From assembly GCA_965222375.1 (NCBI GenBank), contig CBDCTZ010000015.1, forward strand, positions 352,001 through 416,000: a stretch of 64,000 nt of DNA, in the 5' to 3' direction. The stretch is from Polyangiaceae bacterium. Lineage in GTDB: Bacteria; Myxococcota_A; Polyangia; Polyangiales; Polyangiaceae. Within the stretch, counting starts at the first letter, position 1, and every line of letters starts with the position of its first letter. Made by a program: the position numbers and the translations under genes. Shown here piece after piece: positions 49,460 through 59,273 of this stretch. Below the pieces are notes generated by a model. It was not told where the DNA came from. It was given only the letters and a program-made list of their open reading frames with translations, and searched no databases.

Positions 49460-50531
49460 TTCTGAACTCCTTGCGGCGCTCCTCGCGTGTCCGCTCAATG
49501 GGGATCTCGACTGAAACTCTCGTCCCGAATCCGGGAACCGAGTCCAAAGCAAGTACTCCCCCAGCCGCTTCAACAGCGCGAGCGCAGAGGGCCAACCCGA
49601 TGCCGCTACCGCTCGCTTTTGTTGTAAAGAACAGATCCGTCGCACGAGCGAGCACCTCCGGCGTCATGCCACTTCCCGTGTCCACAACAACGAGGTTCAG
49701 ACTCTTGTTCTCGTCATCCAGCGTTGCGTGCAGCACCACCGTGTCACCGGCTTCACACGCATGGCGTGCGTTCGTAACGAAGTTAAATACGAGCGCACGC
49801 AACATGGCGGGATCCAGCGGCAGCAGAGGCAGGTCCTTGATGTCATGACGGAAGACCATTCCGGCGTTCCTCAACTGCGGTTCCAGAACTCGGCACGCTT
49901 CGCGCAAAGCGTAGTCGATCGCCGCATCGCGCTCCGCTCGTAAGCGGCCGTGAACGGCCCCGATACCTTCGAAACCGAGCTTCATCCGGCGAACCTCACT
50001 GAGGATCGCGTGCAGCTGATCCATCACGTACCCGGGCTCAACTTCCTCGAGAAGCACTTCGACCGCAGCGGTGACCGCGGCTAGGGGATTCTTCAGTTCA
50101 TGGAGAAGCGACGGCAACGTCTCCCCGATGGCCGCCATGCTCATGAGTTTGTCGCGCTCCTCTTGAAGGCGAGCAACTCCCGAAATGTCCTGGAAGACGA
50201 CTATCGTATCGTCCTTCGTCTTCGACATCGAAAAGCCCACTGTCTTCGAGCGACCATCCCGCAAGGTGACACTGCACTCCCTGCGCAGCTTCGTGTGGTT
50301 CGAACGCCCGGCATCCACAACAGCGTCCAGGCACCCGGGAACGGGTCCGCCCTCGATCTCCGCTCGCCTGAAACCGAAGATGCTAGCGGCGCGCTCGTTG
50401 GCAAAGCGTACCCAACCGTTTCGACTCAGGACAACGACGGCCGTTGGCAGGGCCTCGAGCACGCTTATGGCACCCCGCGGTCGACTCGACTGCTGGGTCG
50501 TGTTGCTCACTTCGTTAGCCTCATTTGCCAC
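49434..50531 (-). CDS. PAS-domain sensor histidine kinase (start uncertain)
   Basis: PAS (FANERA...FQDIS), LHELKNPL, NFVTNA, DTGSGM, FFTTK, GSGIGL. Confidence 0.88.
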   Translation of the reverse strand: MANEANEVSNTTQQSSRPRGAISVLEALPTAVVVLSRNGWVRFANERAASIFGFRRAEIEGGPVPGCLDAVVDAGRSNHTKLRRECSVTLRDGRSKTVGFSMSKTKDDTIVVFQDISGVARLQEERDKLMSMAAIGETLPSLLHELKNPLAAVTAAVEVLLEEVEPGYVMDQLHAILSEVRRMKLGFEGIGAVHGRLRAERDAAIDYALREACRVLEPQLRNAGMVFRHDIKDLPLLPLDPAMLRALVFNFVTNARHACEAGDTVVLHATLDDENKSLNLVVVDTGSGMTPEVLARATDLFFTTKASGSGIGLALCARAVEAAGGVLALDSVPGFGTRVSVEIPIERTREERRKEFRNGQSRRVE

Positions 50532-50880
50532 GGGACCGACAAGGCCTCCTTTCAGCGATGGGTGCGCGCATGTGGGCGCCGCTTGCGGCGCCCACGGCGA
50601 CGTGGGAGGTACCGAGGGTTGCGGCAGGTGCAAACGCAATTCGCATACCGCTGAGGCGTTGCATCCGCGTCGCGCCTCCGGGCTCAGCGCCCAAGACCAG
50701 ATGTGTACCCATCGGGTCCAGTCAGTGTGCGCAGAACGACCAATGGCGCCGTCGGGTGCTCCGCCGGCCGCGCATCTTTGGCGGGCTATTTTTGGATGTT
50801 CGCGAGAATTTCGCAGTACTCGAGCCCATCCGACTGTACCCAAAAGGGACAGTGCGGAAGTTCGACGGATGCGTGAACCG

Positions 50881-50896
50881 TGGCGCGTGACTTGCA
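50881..50896 (+). promoter_or_regulatory. Sigma54 promoter
   Basis: TGGCGC-GTGAC-TTGCA, about 90 bp upstream of the degenerate activator gene. Confidence 0.65.
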
Positions 50897-50984
50897 ACGG
50901 TTTGGGGGTTTTATGGCGCGCCCCCTCCCCCTTTTCGTGCCACTAGCCGATACCCAATCGAATCGAAGTTGTACCCGCTCTAGT

Positions 50985-51938
50985 GTGCAACTCGAAGAAG
51001 CGTCCCAACATCGCTACTTGGCGGGCAACAGCCCCGCGATGAAGCGTATCCGCGACGCCGTCGATAGGGCTGCGCGGGGACCACGCGCCATTTTGATCAC
51101 CGGCGAGGTTGGCGTCGGAAAAGAAGCCGTAGCTCGCGCGATTCATCAAGCTGCAGGCGTCACCCGGGGTCGATTCGTCTCCGTCAATTGCGCGGCCTTG
51201 CCGGGCCATCTGGTCGAGAGTGAGCTATTTGGGCACGTCTCGGATGCCGGATGTGACACGCCCGGACTGTTCCATGCTGCAAACGGCGGCACGCTATTTA
51301 TCGACGCACTCAATGAAATGACCCCTGAGGTCCAAGCCCTCCTCTTGAACGTCATCGAGACGGGGACGGTGCGCCCGAGGGGCAGCCAGACGGAAACTCG
51401 AGTCGATGTTGTCGTAATTGGCGCGGCAGCTAGCAATCTCTTGCAAGCAGTTAACGACGGGACCTTCCGCAGAGACCTACTGAATCATTTCGAACGGTGC
51501 ACCATCGCCACTCCTCCCCTTCGTGAACGGCGAGAGGACATTCCACGGTTGGTGGAACACTTCCTGGACACTTTCTGCAATCGACGATGTGGTTGTATCT
51601 GGGGGGTATCACAGGCCGTTTTGGATGTGCTGAAAACGTACGACTGGCCGGGCAACGTGCGTGAACTGAGGGCTGCCATTGAGTTCGCTGTTTCCAACGG
51701 TGAAAGCGCTCTAATCCGTGTGCGGGATCTTCCCGCGCACTTCCACAGCCTGGCAGCCTCGGAGTCGGATGTCAGCAAACTGGACGAAGACGTCTTTCCC
51801 ACGCTGGTGCAAGCCGAGGAGCGACTGATCCGTGCAACCCTCGACCACTTTCGAGGCAACAAGGCACGCGCCGCACGCTCGTTGGGAATCTCACGCCACA
51901 AACTGTATGAGCGATTGCGGCGACTGGGGCTACACTAG
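50985..51938 (+). CDS. Degenerate sigma54-type AAA+/Fis-HTH regulator without an input domain
   Basis: GEVGVGKE, ESELFGH, WPGNVREL and Fis HTH are present. GAFTGA is replaced by VSDAGCD and Walker B reads FIDAL. Confidence 0.85.
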   Translation: MQLEEASQHRYLAGNSPAMKRIRDAVDRAARGPRAILITGEVGVGKEAVARAIHQAAGVTRGRFVSVNCAALPGHLVESELFGHVSDAGCDTPGLFHAANGGTLFIDALNEMTPEVQALLLNVIETGTVRPRGSQTETRVDVVVIGAAASNLLQAVNDGTFRRDLLNHFERCTIATPPLRERREDIPRLVEHFLDTFCNRRCGCIWGVSQAVLDVLKTYDWPGNVRELRAAIEFAVSNGESALIRVRDLPAHFHSLAASESDVSKLDEDVFPTLVQAEERLIRATLDHFRGNKARAARSLGISRHKLYERLRRLGLH

Positions 51939-53071
51939 GACGGTGCCGGACTACCCTCCAGCGTATCTCCAAGGCGTCGTTCTTGGAGCGACGACTCGGG
52001 GTAGGCGGTCAGGTAGCGCGTTTCGATGTCGGGCTTTTCGGTATTGTGGCGATAAGTCAGTACATCGACCCGCCAGATCAACCCGCGGTTCTGAGCATCC
52101 GAGAGAGTGTAGGGCGGAATGTCTGGCCCTGGAGTGGGCAAGGAGAGCTGTCCGCCCCACTTGCCACTCTCAGGGTCGCCGGTCAGGGGACTTTCGACCC
52201 GAGACAGGATGTTCTCGTACTCGTGGGTGGTTGTGTGGTCCGTGCTCGCGCTGCGCGTGGTCCATCGCACGTATTCCTTCACGTCCAAGCGGGCGCTCAC
52301 GCGATCGATCGCACCGCCCCCCTTGGTATCCACCTCGCAGCGCAAGAGTCGCTTTCCGTCACCCCGATAACCCGCGGTGGGTGCTTCGCAAGAGAGTCGC
52401 ACGGCTGATTTCCAAGGTGAGGTGCCCCCGCCTCGCCGAGATGCTCGGGCACCCCAAAACGCGACGCCCATGAGCAATGTGCCCACAACGCCAAGCCCCG
52501 CCATCGCTCCGCTTACCGGGTCGGGTGCCAGCTCCAGCCCCTTGGCCACGAACCCCGCAGTCATCAACAGGATTGCACCGGCGAGAAGCAATCCCGTCAC
52601 GATGAGCGCGGTGTAGGACTCGGACTGCGCCCCCACTTCGACGTTATCATGCGGCGGTGGGACCACCACCAAGGGGCCCCATTGCGTTGGCGGCTCCAAG
52701 CCGAACTCGGCTTCGCTTTTCGGATCGATGGCCCAGGGGATGTCAATGCTGGCAGCGACCACCCACTTCCAGCCCACGAGCTTGCCGCTGCGTGTTGGCG
52801 GCATCGTGCTGGGAAGCTCGAATCGATACTCGTATTCGCCAGGCTGCCATTCACCAGAGAAGAGTCGCACCGTCTCTCTCGGCTCCGGTAGGCTGTAACC
52901 CCTCTGAGTGGACTCGAGTCGCAGGCAGACGTCGAGGCCCTTGCAACGCACGGCCTCATTGACCCAAACGTCCACCTTGCCACCTATCGTGTCGCCGAGA
53001 CGGAAGGTAGGCGCGATATCCCCGTCGGCACTCCAACCGTCGACGGTGACTGCGGCGGTACACTTGGACAT
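51935..53071 (-). CDS. Membrane protein with an arrestin/SpoOM-like N-terminal beta-sandwich
   Basis: GDTIGGKV...YEYRFELP...W.V.ASIDIPWAID, two central TM helices. Confidence 0.55.
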   Translation of the reverse strand: MSKCTAAVTVDGWSADGDIAPTFRLGDTIGGKVDVWVNEAVRCKGLDVCLRLESTQRGYSLPEPRETVRLFSGEWQPGEYEYRFELPSTMPPTRSGKLVGWKWVVAASIDIPWAIDPKSEAEFGLEPPTQWGPLVVVPPPHDNVEVGAQSESYTALIVTGLLLAGAILLMTAGFVAKGLELAPDPVSGAMAGLGVVGTLLMGVAFWGARASRRGGGTSPWKSAVRLSCEAPTAGYRGDGKRLLRCEVDTKGGGAIDRVSARLDVKEYVRWTTRSASTDHTTTHEYENILSRVESPLTGDPESGKWGGQLSLPTPGPDIPPYTLSDAQNRGLIWRVDVLTYRHNTEKPDIETRYLTAYPESSLQERRLGDTLEGSPAPS

Positions 53072-53154
53072 CAGGCAGCCTTACGCATCATCTACTTCGT
53101 CCCAGCCCAGGCTGAAACTAGGGTGCTGATCGACCAGACCATCGGGGCGGCAAC

Positions 53155-54378
53155 CTACAACCGAGCCATGCGCCGCCACAGCGCGGGAGCTTGCTCCGCC
53201 GCCTCGGCGCGGATCTCATCCATGGCGACGTTCTCGAGAGCGCCGTCCTTGACCACGACTCGCCCTGCCACTAGGACGTGCCGTGGTGAAGCACCCGGTG
53301 CGCCGACCACGAGGTCCGCAACCAGCCCCGCCTCTACGCTTTCGCCAAAGGGTGCCTCGAAGAGATCGCTGCACAGCTGGTAGCCCCCGACGCGGCGGGG
53401 CTCGAGGGGCGCCGCCTCGCCGTTTGCGGCAGCGAGGCGCTCGAGGGCCTGCCACTCGTGCGCCATGTCCGCAGCGTAGCCGTCCGTGCCGAGGGCAACG
53501 CGCTTGCTCGAAGAGAGCGCTGCAGGATAGCCGACCTTGTTACCTTCGTTGGATCGAGGGTTTTGCACGAGGAAGCAGCCGGCCTCATCGAGGCGCCGGA
53601 CCTGCGACGAGTCGAGATGCACGCCATGAGCGACGATGCTTCCAGGCGGCAGCGCACCCAGCTCCATCAGACGCTCGACGGGCCCCGCGTAGCCCCGCTC
53701 CTTGGCATCGGCCACGTCCGCCAAGTCCTCCGCCACATGCACGTGCATGGGTACGGACAGCTCTTGGGCGAGGGAGCCCGCCGCGCGAAGCGTATCATCG
53801 GAGACCGTGAAGGACGCATGCAGCCCTACTGCACCTTTGATGCTCGGCCGGCGATTGGACTCGATGAAGCGTCGACATTCCTCCAGCCCCTGTTTCGCCT
53901 CCCCGGCACCCCGGTTGCGTTCGGTCGCGCCGTAGCAGGTAACCAGCCGGATCCCGAGTTCGTCGGCAGCGTCCGCCAAGATGTCGAGGGAGCCCGGAAT
54001 CAACTCAGGCGACTCGTGATGATCGACTAGGGTCGTGGTGCCAGCGAGCAACGCTTCAGCGATGTAGTAGCGGGCGGCCGCGCGCAACGACGCTTCGTCC
54101 AAAGCGCGGTCCAAGCGCCACCACACACGCTCCAAGATTTGAACGAAGTTGTCGGGTGGCGGCGACGGCGGAGGCATGTCGAAGGGGACGAGGCCGCTGT
54201 AGAGGTGCGTATGCGCGTTGATGGCCCCGGGAGATACGACCGCTCCTTGAGGAATCGTCAGCCTCGTGACGTCTGGACGCGTGGCGTCCGTGGCCAACAC
54301 GGCTTCCACCTGGCCCGCTTCCAGCACCACGGACGGGACGCGGCGGGCGCCGTCGAGAAGCAGCGACTTCAATGCCAA
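53155..54378 (-). CDS. ssnA: SsnA-like amidohydrolase
   Basis: NAHTHLYSGL, ILERVWWRLDRAL, GTTTLVDHH, GLHASFT, HVHVAE, NPRSN, LGTDG. Confidence 0.8.
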   Translation of the reverse strand: MALKSLLLDGARRVPSVVLEAGQVEAVLATDATRPDVTRLTIPQGAVVSPGAINAHTHLYSGLVPFDMPPPSPPPDNFVQILERVWWRLDRALDEASLRAAARYYIAEALLAGTTTLVDHHESPELIPGSLDILADAADELGIRLVTCYGATERNRGAGEAKQGLEECRRFIESNRRPSIKGAVGLHASFTVSDDTLRAAGSLAQELSVPMHVHVAEDLADVADAKERGYAGPVERLMELGALPPGSIVAHGVHLDSSQVRRLDEAGCFLVQNPRSNEGNKVGYPAALSSSKRVALGTDGYAADMAHEWQALERLAAANGEAAPLEPRRVGGYQLCSDLFEAPFGESVEAGLVADLVVGAPGASPRHVLVAGRVVVKDGALENVAMDEIRAEAAEQAPALWRRMARL

Positions 54379-57002
54379 TCACCTCGCTCACCACGGATCC
54401 GGCCGACGCTGATCGCCTTGGCCGCCGGGGAGTCCTTCATGGGTAGCGTGTAGCGGCGCTTGCCGTCGAAAGCCGCCAGGGCTCCGGCAACGGCGCCTGC
54501 CGTAGGCACCAGCCCGATCTCACCGACACCCTTCGCTCCGAACGGCCCTTCAGGCTCGGGCTCCTCGAGCAAGATGACTTCCGTTTTCGGCATGTCTCGA
54601 GCGCGGAGCACACCGATCTCACGCATTTTGAAAGTCACCGGCATGCCGTTTTCGCAGGGCAGTTCTTCGGTCAACGCGAAGCCCAATCCCATATGCACCG
54701 AGCCTTCCACCTGGCCCGCACACAACGCCGGATTGACGACGCGGCCGACGTCGTGGGCGGCAACGAAGCGATCGAGCTTGCCCTCCTCGTCGAGAATGCA
54801 CACCTGCGTCGCGTACCCGAAGGACGTGTGCGTCTTGATCTTGGGCACGTCCGCACCCAGCGCTGTGGTGTCGTCTTTGATCACGTCCGCGGCGAAGACT
54901 CGGCCGACGAGATCGCCCAGGGTCTTGCCTTGGTCGAGTTCCACCTTGAGCTTCTCGGCAGCACTCTTGACGGCCAGGCCGCCAAAGAGTGTGGCCCTCG
55001 AACCCGTGGTCTGCCCGCAACCGAGGGCGAAGGTTGAATCCACCTTGGGGCGAAACACCGACGCCGAAAGTCCCGTCACTTCGACCGCGAACTGGGTGAG
55101 CACCGTGAGCAGACCCTGACCCATCTCCGTGTAGCCATTGTACAGAGACACGGTTTGGTCTTTTTCGACCACGAGCCGGCACTTACCCCATTCTTGAACG
55201 CCGTTACCGATGCCGGTGTTCTTCAGTCCGCAGGCGATGCCAACAGCACGCCCGGCCTTTTTCGCGTTGTAGTAGATGTCCTTGACGGCTTCGAGGGTCT
55301 TGCGAATGCCAACCGACTTGTCCAGGACCTGGCCCGTCGAAAACACGTCTCCCACCTTCACGATGTTGCGATCGCGGATCTCGTAGGCATCGATGCCCAC
55401 CTTTTCGGCCAACAGATCCATCGCCCCTTCCATGGCGAAATTGGACTGATTGGCTCCGAAGCCACGCATGGCGCCGCAGGGCGGATTGTTGGTGTACATG
55501 GCGTACGCCTCCACGTGCACGTTGCTGACCCGGTATGGCCCACAAGCGTGACCGGCCGCACGCTCGAGCACCTTGCCACCCACGGATGCGTAAGCCCCAG
55601 TGTCACCGATCATCCACGCCTTGACGGCGGTTAAGCGCCCATCTTTGTCCGCGCCCACGGCGTACTTCATCTTGATTGGGTGGCGTTTGGGGTGAATGCG
55701 GATCGACTCCTCGCGATTGAGAACCAAGCGCACGGGGCAACCGGTGAGCTTCGCAAGCAGAGCTGTCTGCGATTGGACACTCATGTCCTCTTTGCCGCCG
55801 AAAGCGCCTCCGTTCGGGATCAGCTCCACGTAGAGGTCGTCCTCGGGCATGCCGAGCAGGCCCGCAACCTGCCGTCGATCGTCGAAGATACCCTGACCTT
55901 GGGTGAACAACGCCATCTTGCCATCCGGCAGGGGTTCCGCCAGCGCCGCTTCGGGTTCGAGATAGAGGTGCTCGATGCGTTGCGTCTGCCAAGTGCCCTT
56001 CACGACGTACGCGCTCTTGGCCAGTGCTTCGTCAACGTTGCCACGGGTGATCAGCGACTTGCTGAGCAGGTTTTCGTGAGTTGGGTTGACCTGCGCGGCA
56101 CCGTCCTTCAACGACTCTTCGGGGTCGAGCACGGCATCTAGGGTCTCGTACTCTACTTCGACGAGTTTGGCCGCTTCCCGAGCTGTGCGTTCATCGTCTG
56201 CGGCAACCGCGGCGATCACGTCGCCGACGCAGCGAGCTTCTTCGCCGATCGCCACAAACGCAGGCCAATCCGCATACAGCAAACCGTACCAACGCTTGCC
56301 CGGCACGTCCTCGGCGGTAGCAACTGCGTGCACACCTGGGTGCGCCTTGGCCTTGCCCGTGTCAATCGCCTTCACACGAGCCCGGGGGTGCGGCGACAGG
56401 ACGAGGGCGCCGTGCAGCATACCCTCTCGGGTCATGTCAGCAACGTAAGGGCGATCCCCCATGACCAGATCGAGGCCCTGGTAGCGTTGCAAGGCCGCGC
56501 CGACCTTGCCGTCTTCGCAGGGTTCGGGGATCGGCTCACCGCGGCGGGCCTTTGCCATCAATTCGACGGCGTCGATGATCTTCACGTAGCCGGTGCAGCG
56601 GCAGAGATGAACGTCTAGGGCCTTTGCGATCTCCGCTCGACTGGGAGTCGGGTTCGAGTCCAACAGATGTTTCGCGCGCAGCGCGATACCAGGGATGCAG
56701 AAGCCGCATTGCAGACCAGCAGCGGCAACAAAGGCTTTGGCAGTGATTTCTCGGTCTCGATCGCTCAGGCCTTCGAGAGTAATGACCTCTTTGCCCGCGC
56801 ATTTACTCGCTGGCACCGCGCAACTGACCTTGGGCTGACCGTCGATCAGCGCGAGGCAGCACCCGCACTGGCCTTGGGGCCTGCAGCCATCCTTTGGGGA
56901 CGATGTTCCACACTGCTCACGCAACACCTCGAGCAATGATTCGCCCGTCTTCGGTGCAACCTGCTGCTTCTTCCCATTGAGAGTGAACTCGACGCTGGCC
57001 AT
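54369..57002 (-). CDS. xdh: Xanthine dehydrogenase-family molybdoenzyme ([2Fe-2S] + Mo-binding fusion), selenium-dependent Xdh-like
   Basis: GCRPQGQCGCC, QCGFCIPG, CRCTGY, GGAFGGKED, AMRGFG, TTGSR, GAKGVGE. 877 aa with no FAD domain. Confidence 0.85.
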   Translation of the reverse strand: MASVEFTLNGKKQQVAPKTGESLLEVLREQCGTSSPKDGCRPQGQCGCCLALIDGQPKVSCAVPASKCAGKEVITLEGLSDRDREITAKAFVAAAGLQCGFCIPGIALRAKHLLDSNPTPSRAEIAKALDVHLCRCTGYVKIIDAVELMAKARRGEPIPEPCEDGKVGAALQRYQGLDLVMGDRPYVADMTREGMLHGALVLSPHPRARVKAIDTGKAKAHPGVHAVATAEDVPGKRWYGLLYADWPAFVAIGEEARCVGDVIAAVAADDERTAREAAKLVEVEYETLDAVLDPEESLKDGAAQVNPTHENLLSKSLITRGNVDEALAKSAYVVKGTWQTQRIEHLYLEPEAALAEPLPDGKMALFTQGQGIFDDRRQVAGLLGMPEDDLYVELIPNGGAFGGKEDMSVQSQTALLAKLTGCPVRLVLNREESIRIHPKRHPIKMKYAVGADKDGRLTAVKAWMIGDTGAYASVGGKVLERAAGHACGPYRVSNVHVEAYAMYTNNPPCGAMRGFGANQSNFAMEGAMDLLAEKVGIDAYEIRDRNIVKVGDVFSTGQVLDKSVGIRKTLEAVKDIYYNAKKAGRAVGIACGLKNTGIGNGVQEWGKCRLVVEKDQTVSLYNGYTEMGQGLLTVLTQFAVEVTGLSASVFRPKVDSTFALGCGQTTGSRATLFGGLAVKSAAEKLKVELDQGKTLGDLVGRVFAADVIKDDTTALGADVPKIKTHTSFGYATQVCILDEEGKLDRFVAAHDVGRVVNPALCAGQVEGSVHMGLGFALTEELPCENGMPVTFKMREIGVLRARDMPKTEVILLEEPEPEGPFGAKGVGEIGLVPTAGAVAGALAAFDGKRRYTLPMKDSPAAKAISVGRIRGERGDWH

Positions 57003-57234
57003 TTGGGGGACTCACCTCGCAAACATCGCGCCCGTTCGCGCGAAACCGCACGATAGCGCTTCTGCCGCCGCAGCGGGAGCACCCGCCAGATTTGGCCCGC
57101 AATCTCAGCGTGTATGAGAAGAAAGCAAGCGCCACGCGGACCGGAGGCCACCCCGCGCGCGAGCTGCGCCGCTGGCCGACCGGGGATTCTCAGCGAATCG
57201 CGAATGCAAGTGCACGAGTTGCGTCGCGCAGCAG

Positions 57235-58392
57235 CTACCTTTTTGGACAGCGCGCCTTGAGCAAACCGGTCAAGGACTGAGCCCGACCTCTGTGCTGCAG
57301 CTCTTCTAGGATCGCCCCCCAGTTCACGCATTCGAACTGCTTCAACGCGCCCCGGAGAGCATCTTTGGCAAGGACCTCGACCTGTTTCAGCTGCCCCCCC
57401 TGAAGATACTCGCGCGCGAGCATGATGAGCAGCTCCGACGCGAAAGCGCCGGTCACCACGCGTTCAAAGAACGGTCTCGCTTTGTCAGCACGCCCAACCC
57501 TTGCAAACTGCCGCACTAGTTCTAGTCCCGCTACGTGGTGCAAGCCTTGGGCTTGGGGCAACGCTTTGAAGCGCAGAGTGAACTCGACCGCCTTCCTCTG
57601 ACTGTTCAGAGCGTTCACGTGGTCCTGTTTCGCTGCCTGGACGCGGCCGAGTTGGTATGCCGCGTATCCGTATAGCCAATTGTCCGGTGGCGGATGCTTC
57701 AAGACTTGCTTGTACATCTGCTCTGCAAGCGCAGGCTTGGACGCATCCGTCTGCGCTTGGCGAAAGAAGATCTCACCGAATGCTAAGTAGGCAGCGGGAA
57801 CGAACTTCGACTTCGGCGCTTGCTTCACCAACTCGAAGTAGGCCTTGCGCGCAGCGGCAATATCGCCGCTGCGCTCGCGGGCGAGTGCCAAATGGTACAA
57901 CACCTCGTCGTGCCGGCGATCCGAGGGAAACTCCTTGGCATGCTGTTCGAGGTGTTCGATGCCCTGCTGACGAATGTGCTTCGCCTCGTCCGGCTTGCCG
58001 TCCTTGTCATGGGCTCGCGCTAGCTCGAGGGCAGCCATCGCCACGCGGTGAAGTAGCGGCGCGCGATCTGGAGAACGCTTGGGTGTCACGGAAAGCAGTC
58101 GCTGCAGCGCGGTAAGTTCCGTCTGCACCAGCTTCGCAATCCGGGGACCCGGACGCTTATCCCGGAGAGCAGCGCTCCAACCAGTATCGAGCTTGCCCGT
58201 GAGCAGAGGCGCCTCCGTGGTGACTTCCGCCACAGGCTCTTCCTGATCTGGCTCGGGGCGGTCAATCGCGACAACCGCCGGCTCGCCCTCCGCAGGGCGA
58301 GGTGCTTCAGCAGGTCGGGCGCTACCGCCGCAGCCCAGGGCCGCAAGGCACGGGCCGAGCGCGATGGATCTCAGCTTCACGGTTGGGGCCAT
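57235..58392 (-). CDS. TPR-repeat lipoprotein
   Basis: Lipobox ALGC, DEVLYHLA...PKSKFVPAAYLAFGEIFF. Confidence 0.8.
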   Translation of the reverse strand: MAPTVKLRSIALGPCLAALGCGGSARPAEAPRPAEGEPAVVAIDRPEPDQEEPVAEVTTEAPLLTGKLDTGWSAALRDKRPGPRIAKLVQTELTALQRLLSVTPKRSPDRAPLLHRVAMAALELARAHDKDGKPDEAKHIRQQGIEHLEQHAKEFPSDRRHDEVLYHLALARERSGDIAAARKAYFELVKQAPKSKFVPAAYLAFGEIFFRQAQTDASKPALAEQMYKQVLKHPPPDNWLYGYAAYQLGRVQAAKQDHVNALNSQRKAVEFTLRFKALPQAQGLHHVAGLELVRQFARVGRADKARPFFERVVTGAFASELLIMLAREYLQGGQLKQVEVLAKDALRGALKQFECVNWGAILEELQHRGRAQSLTGLLKARCPKR

Positions 58393-58548
58393 GGCACGAA
58401 CGCCACAATAGCGTATTCCCGGCCGATGGGCGCAGCGGACACGCCAAGCACCGAACTCGCGTCAACGACTACGCCACCAAAATCGAGCTGTCGTCATAGC
58501 GCGCCACGGTCCGGCCAGGTCCGTTTGCAGTCAGAACTTCGCCGGGCG

Positions 58549-59019
58549 TCACGCATCGCGTTCTTCGCGGTCGAGGATCAGCGGCGGTTTGTTTGCGCGG
58601 GCCCGGATCTTGTTCAAAGTGGAAAGTACGCGGGAACGCGCGACCAGGCGCCGCTGGATTCGCCGTTTTCCGGGAAACTCGATCAGCCCCAAGGCGACGA
58701 CAATCGTAAGCACACCCTGCCCAGGAAGCACCAGCATGGCTACACCGGCGCAAAGCAACATGATGCCGATGGCGTTGCGCACGATGCGCGAGAACTTGGC
58801 GGCACACTCACCCCGAAGCACCGCAGAAGGTGGCGCGTCGTCGTCCACGAAGTAGTCCTCCGGCAGCCGGGCGATCAACCAGGGCAGCGCGAGAATGCTC
58901 CCGACGAAGAAGACCAGTGACGCAAGGCTGAGCACGCCAAGCACTGGCGGAGAAAACGCCCACTCGGCGATGGGTTGCACGGGACCCGGAACCCATTGCG
59001 GCACAGAGAGGGGGAACAT
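58549..59019 (-). CDS. PGPGW-family transmembrane protein (start uncertain)
   Basis: RLPEDYF, MLVLPGQGVLTI..GL..FPGKR. Confidence 0.75.
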   Translation of the reverse strand: MFPLSVPQWVPGPVQPIAEWAFSPPVLGVLSLASLVFFVGSILALPWLIARLPEDYFVDDDAPPSAVLRGECAAKFSRIVRNAIGIMLLCAGVAMLVLPGQGVLTIVVALGLIEFPGKRRIQRRLVARSRVLSTLNKIRARANKPPLILDREERDA

Positions 59020-59273
59020 CGAGGATTCCAAGGCATCAATGTAAGACGTCGGACCAGCGGACGGATCGATCTCTGCCATCCAGGCAAGCCGGGTATCGAA
59101 CTTGCGCATTCCCGCGGCTTGCCGGTCCCGATTTCGCGCAACGCCTGCGTCCGCAACTGCACAATACGAGTGCGTAGTGCACCCACTGCGTGAATTGCGA
59201 AAGCATCCAAGAGCATTCGTCTTTCTTGTGAAACCCATGCCTGTTCCGAGCGGAGTCTCGTTACGAATCAGCT

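Noticed and set aside
54369..57002. Selenocysteine within Xdh or YgfK
   Set aside because: Both frames are uninterrupted. Any selenium would be a labile cofactor, not UGA-encoded.
59090..59106. GGGTAT-N5-TTGCG as a sigma54 promoter for the cytochrome
   Set aside because: Only the GG-N10-GC core matches and the -24 box is poor.
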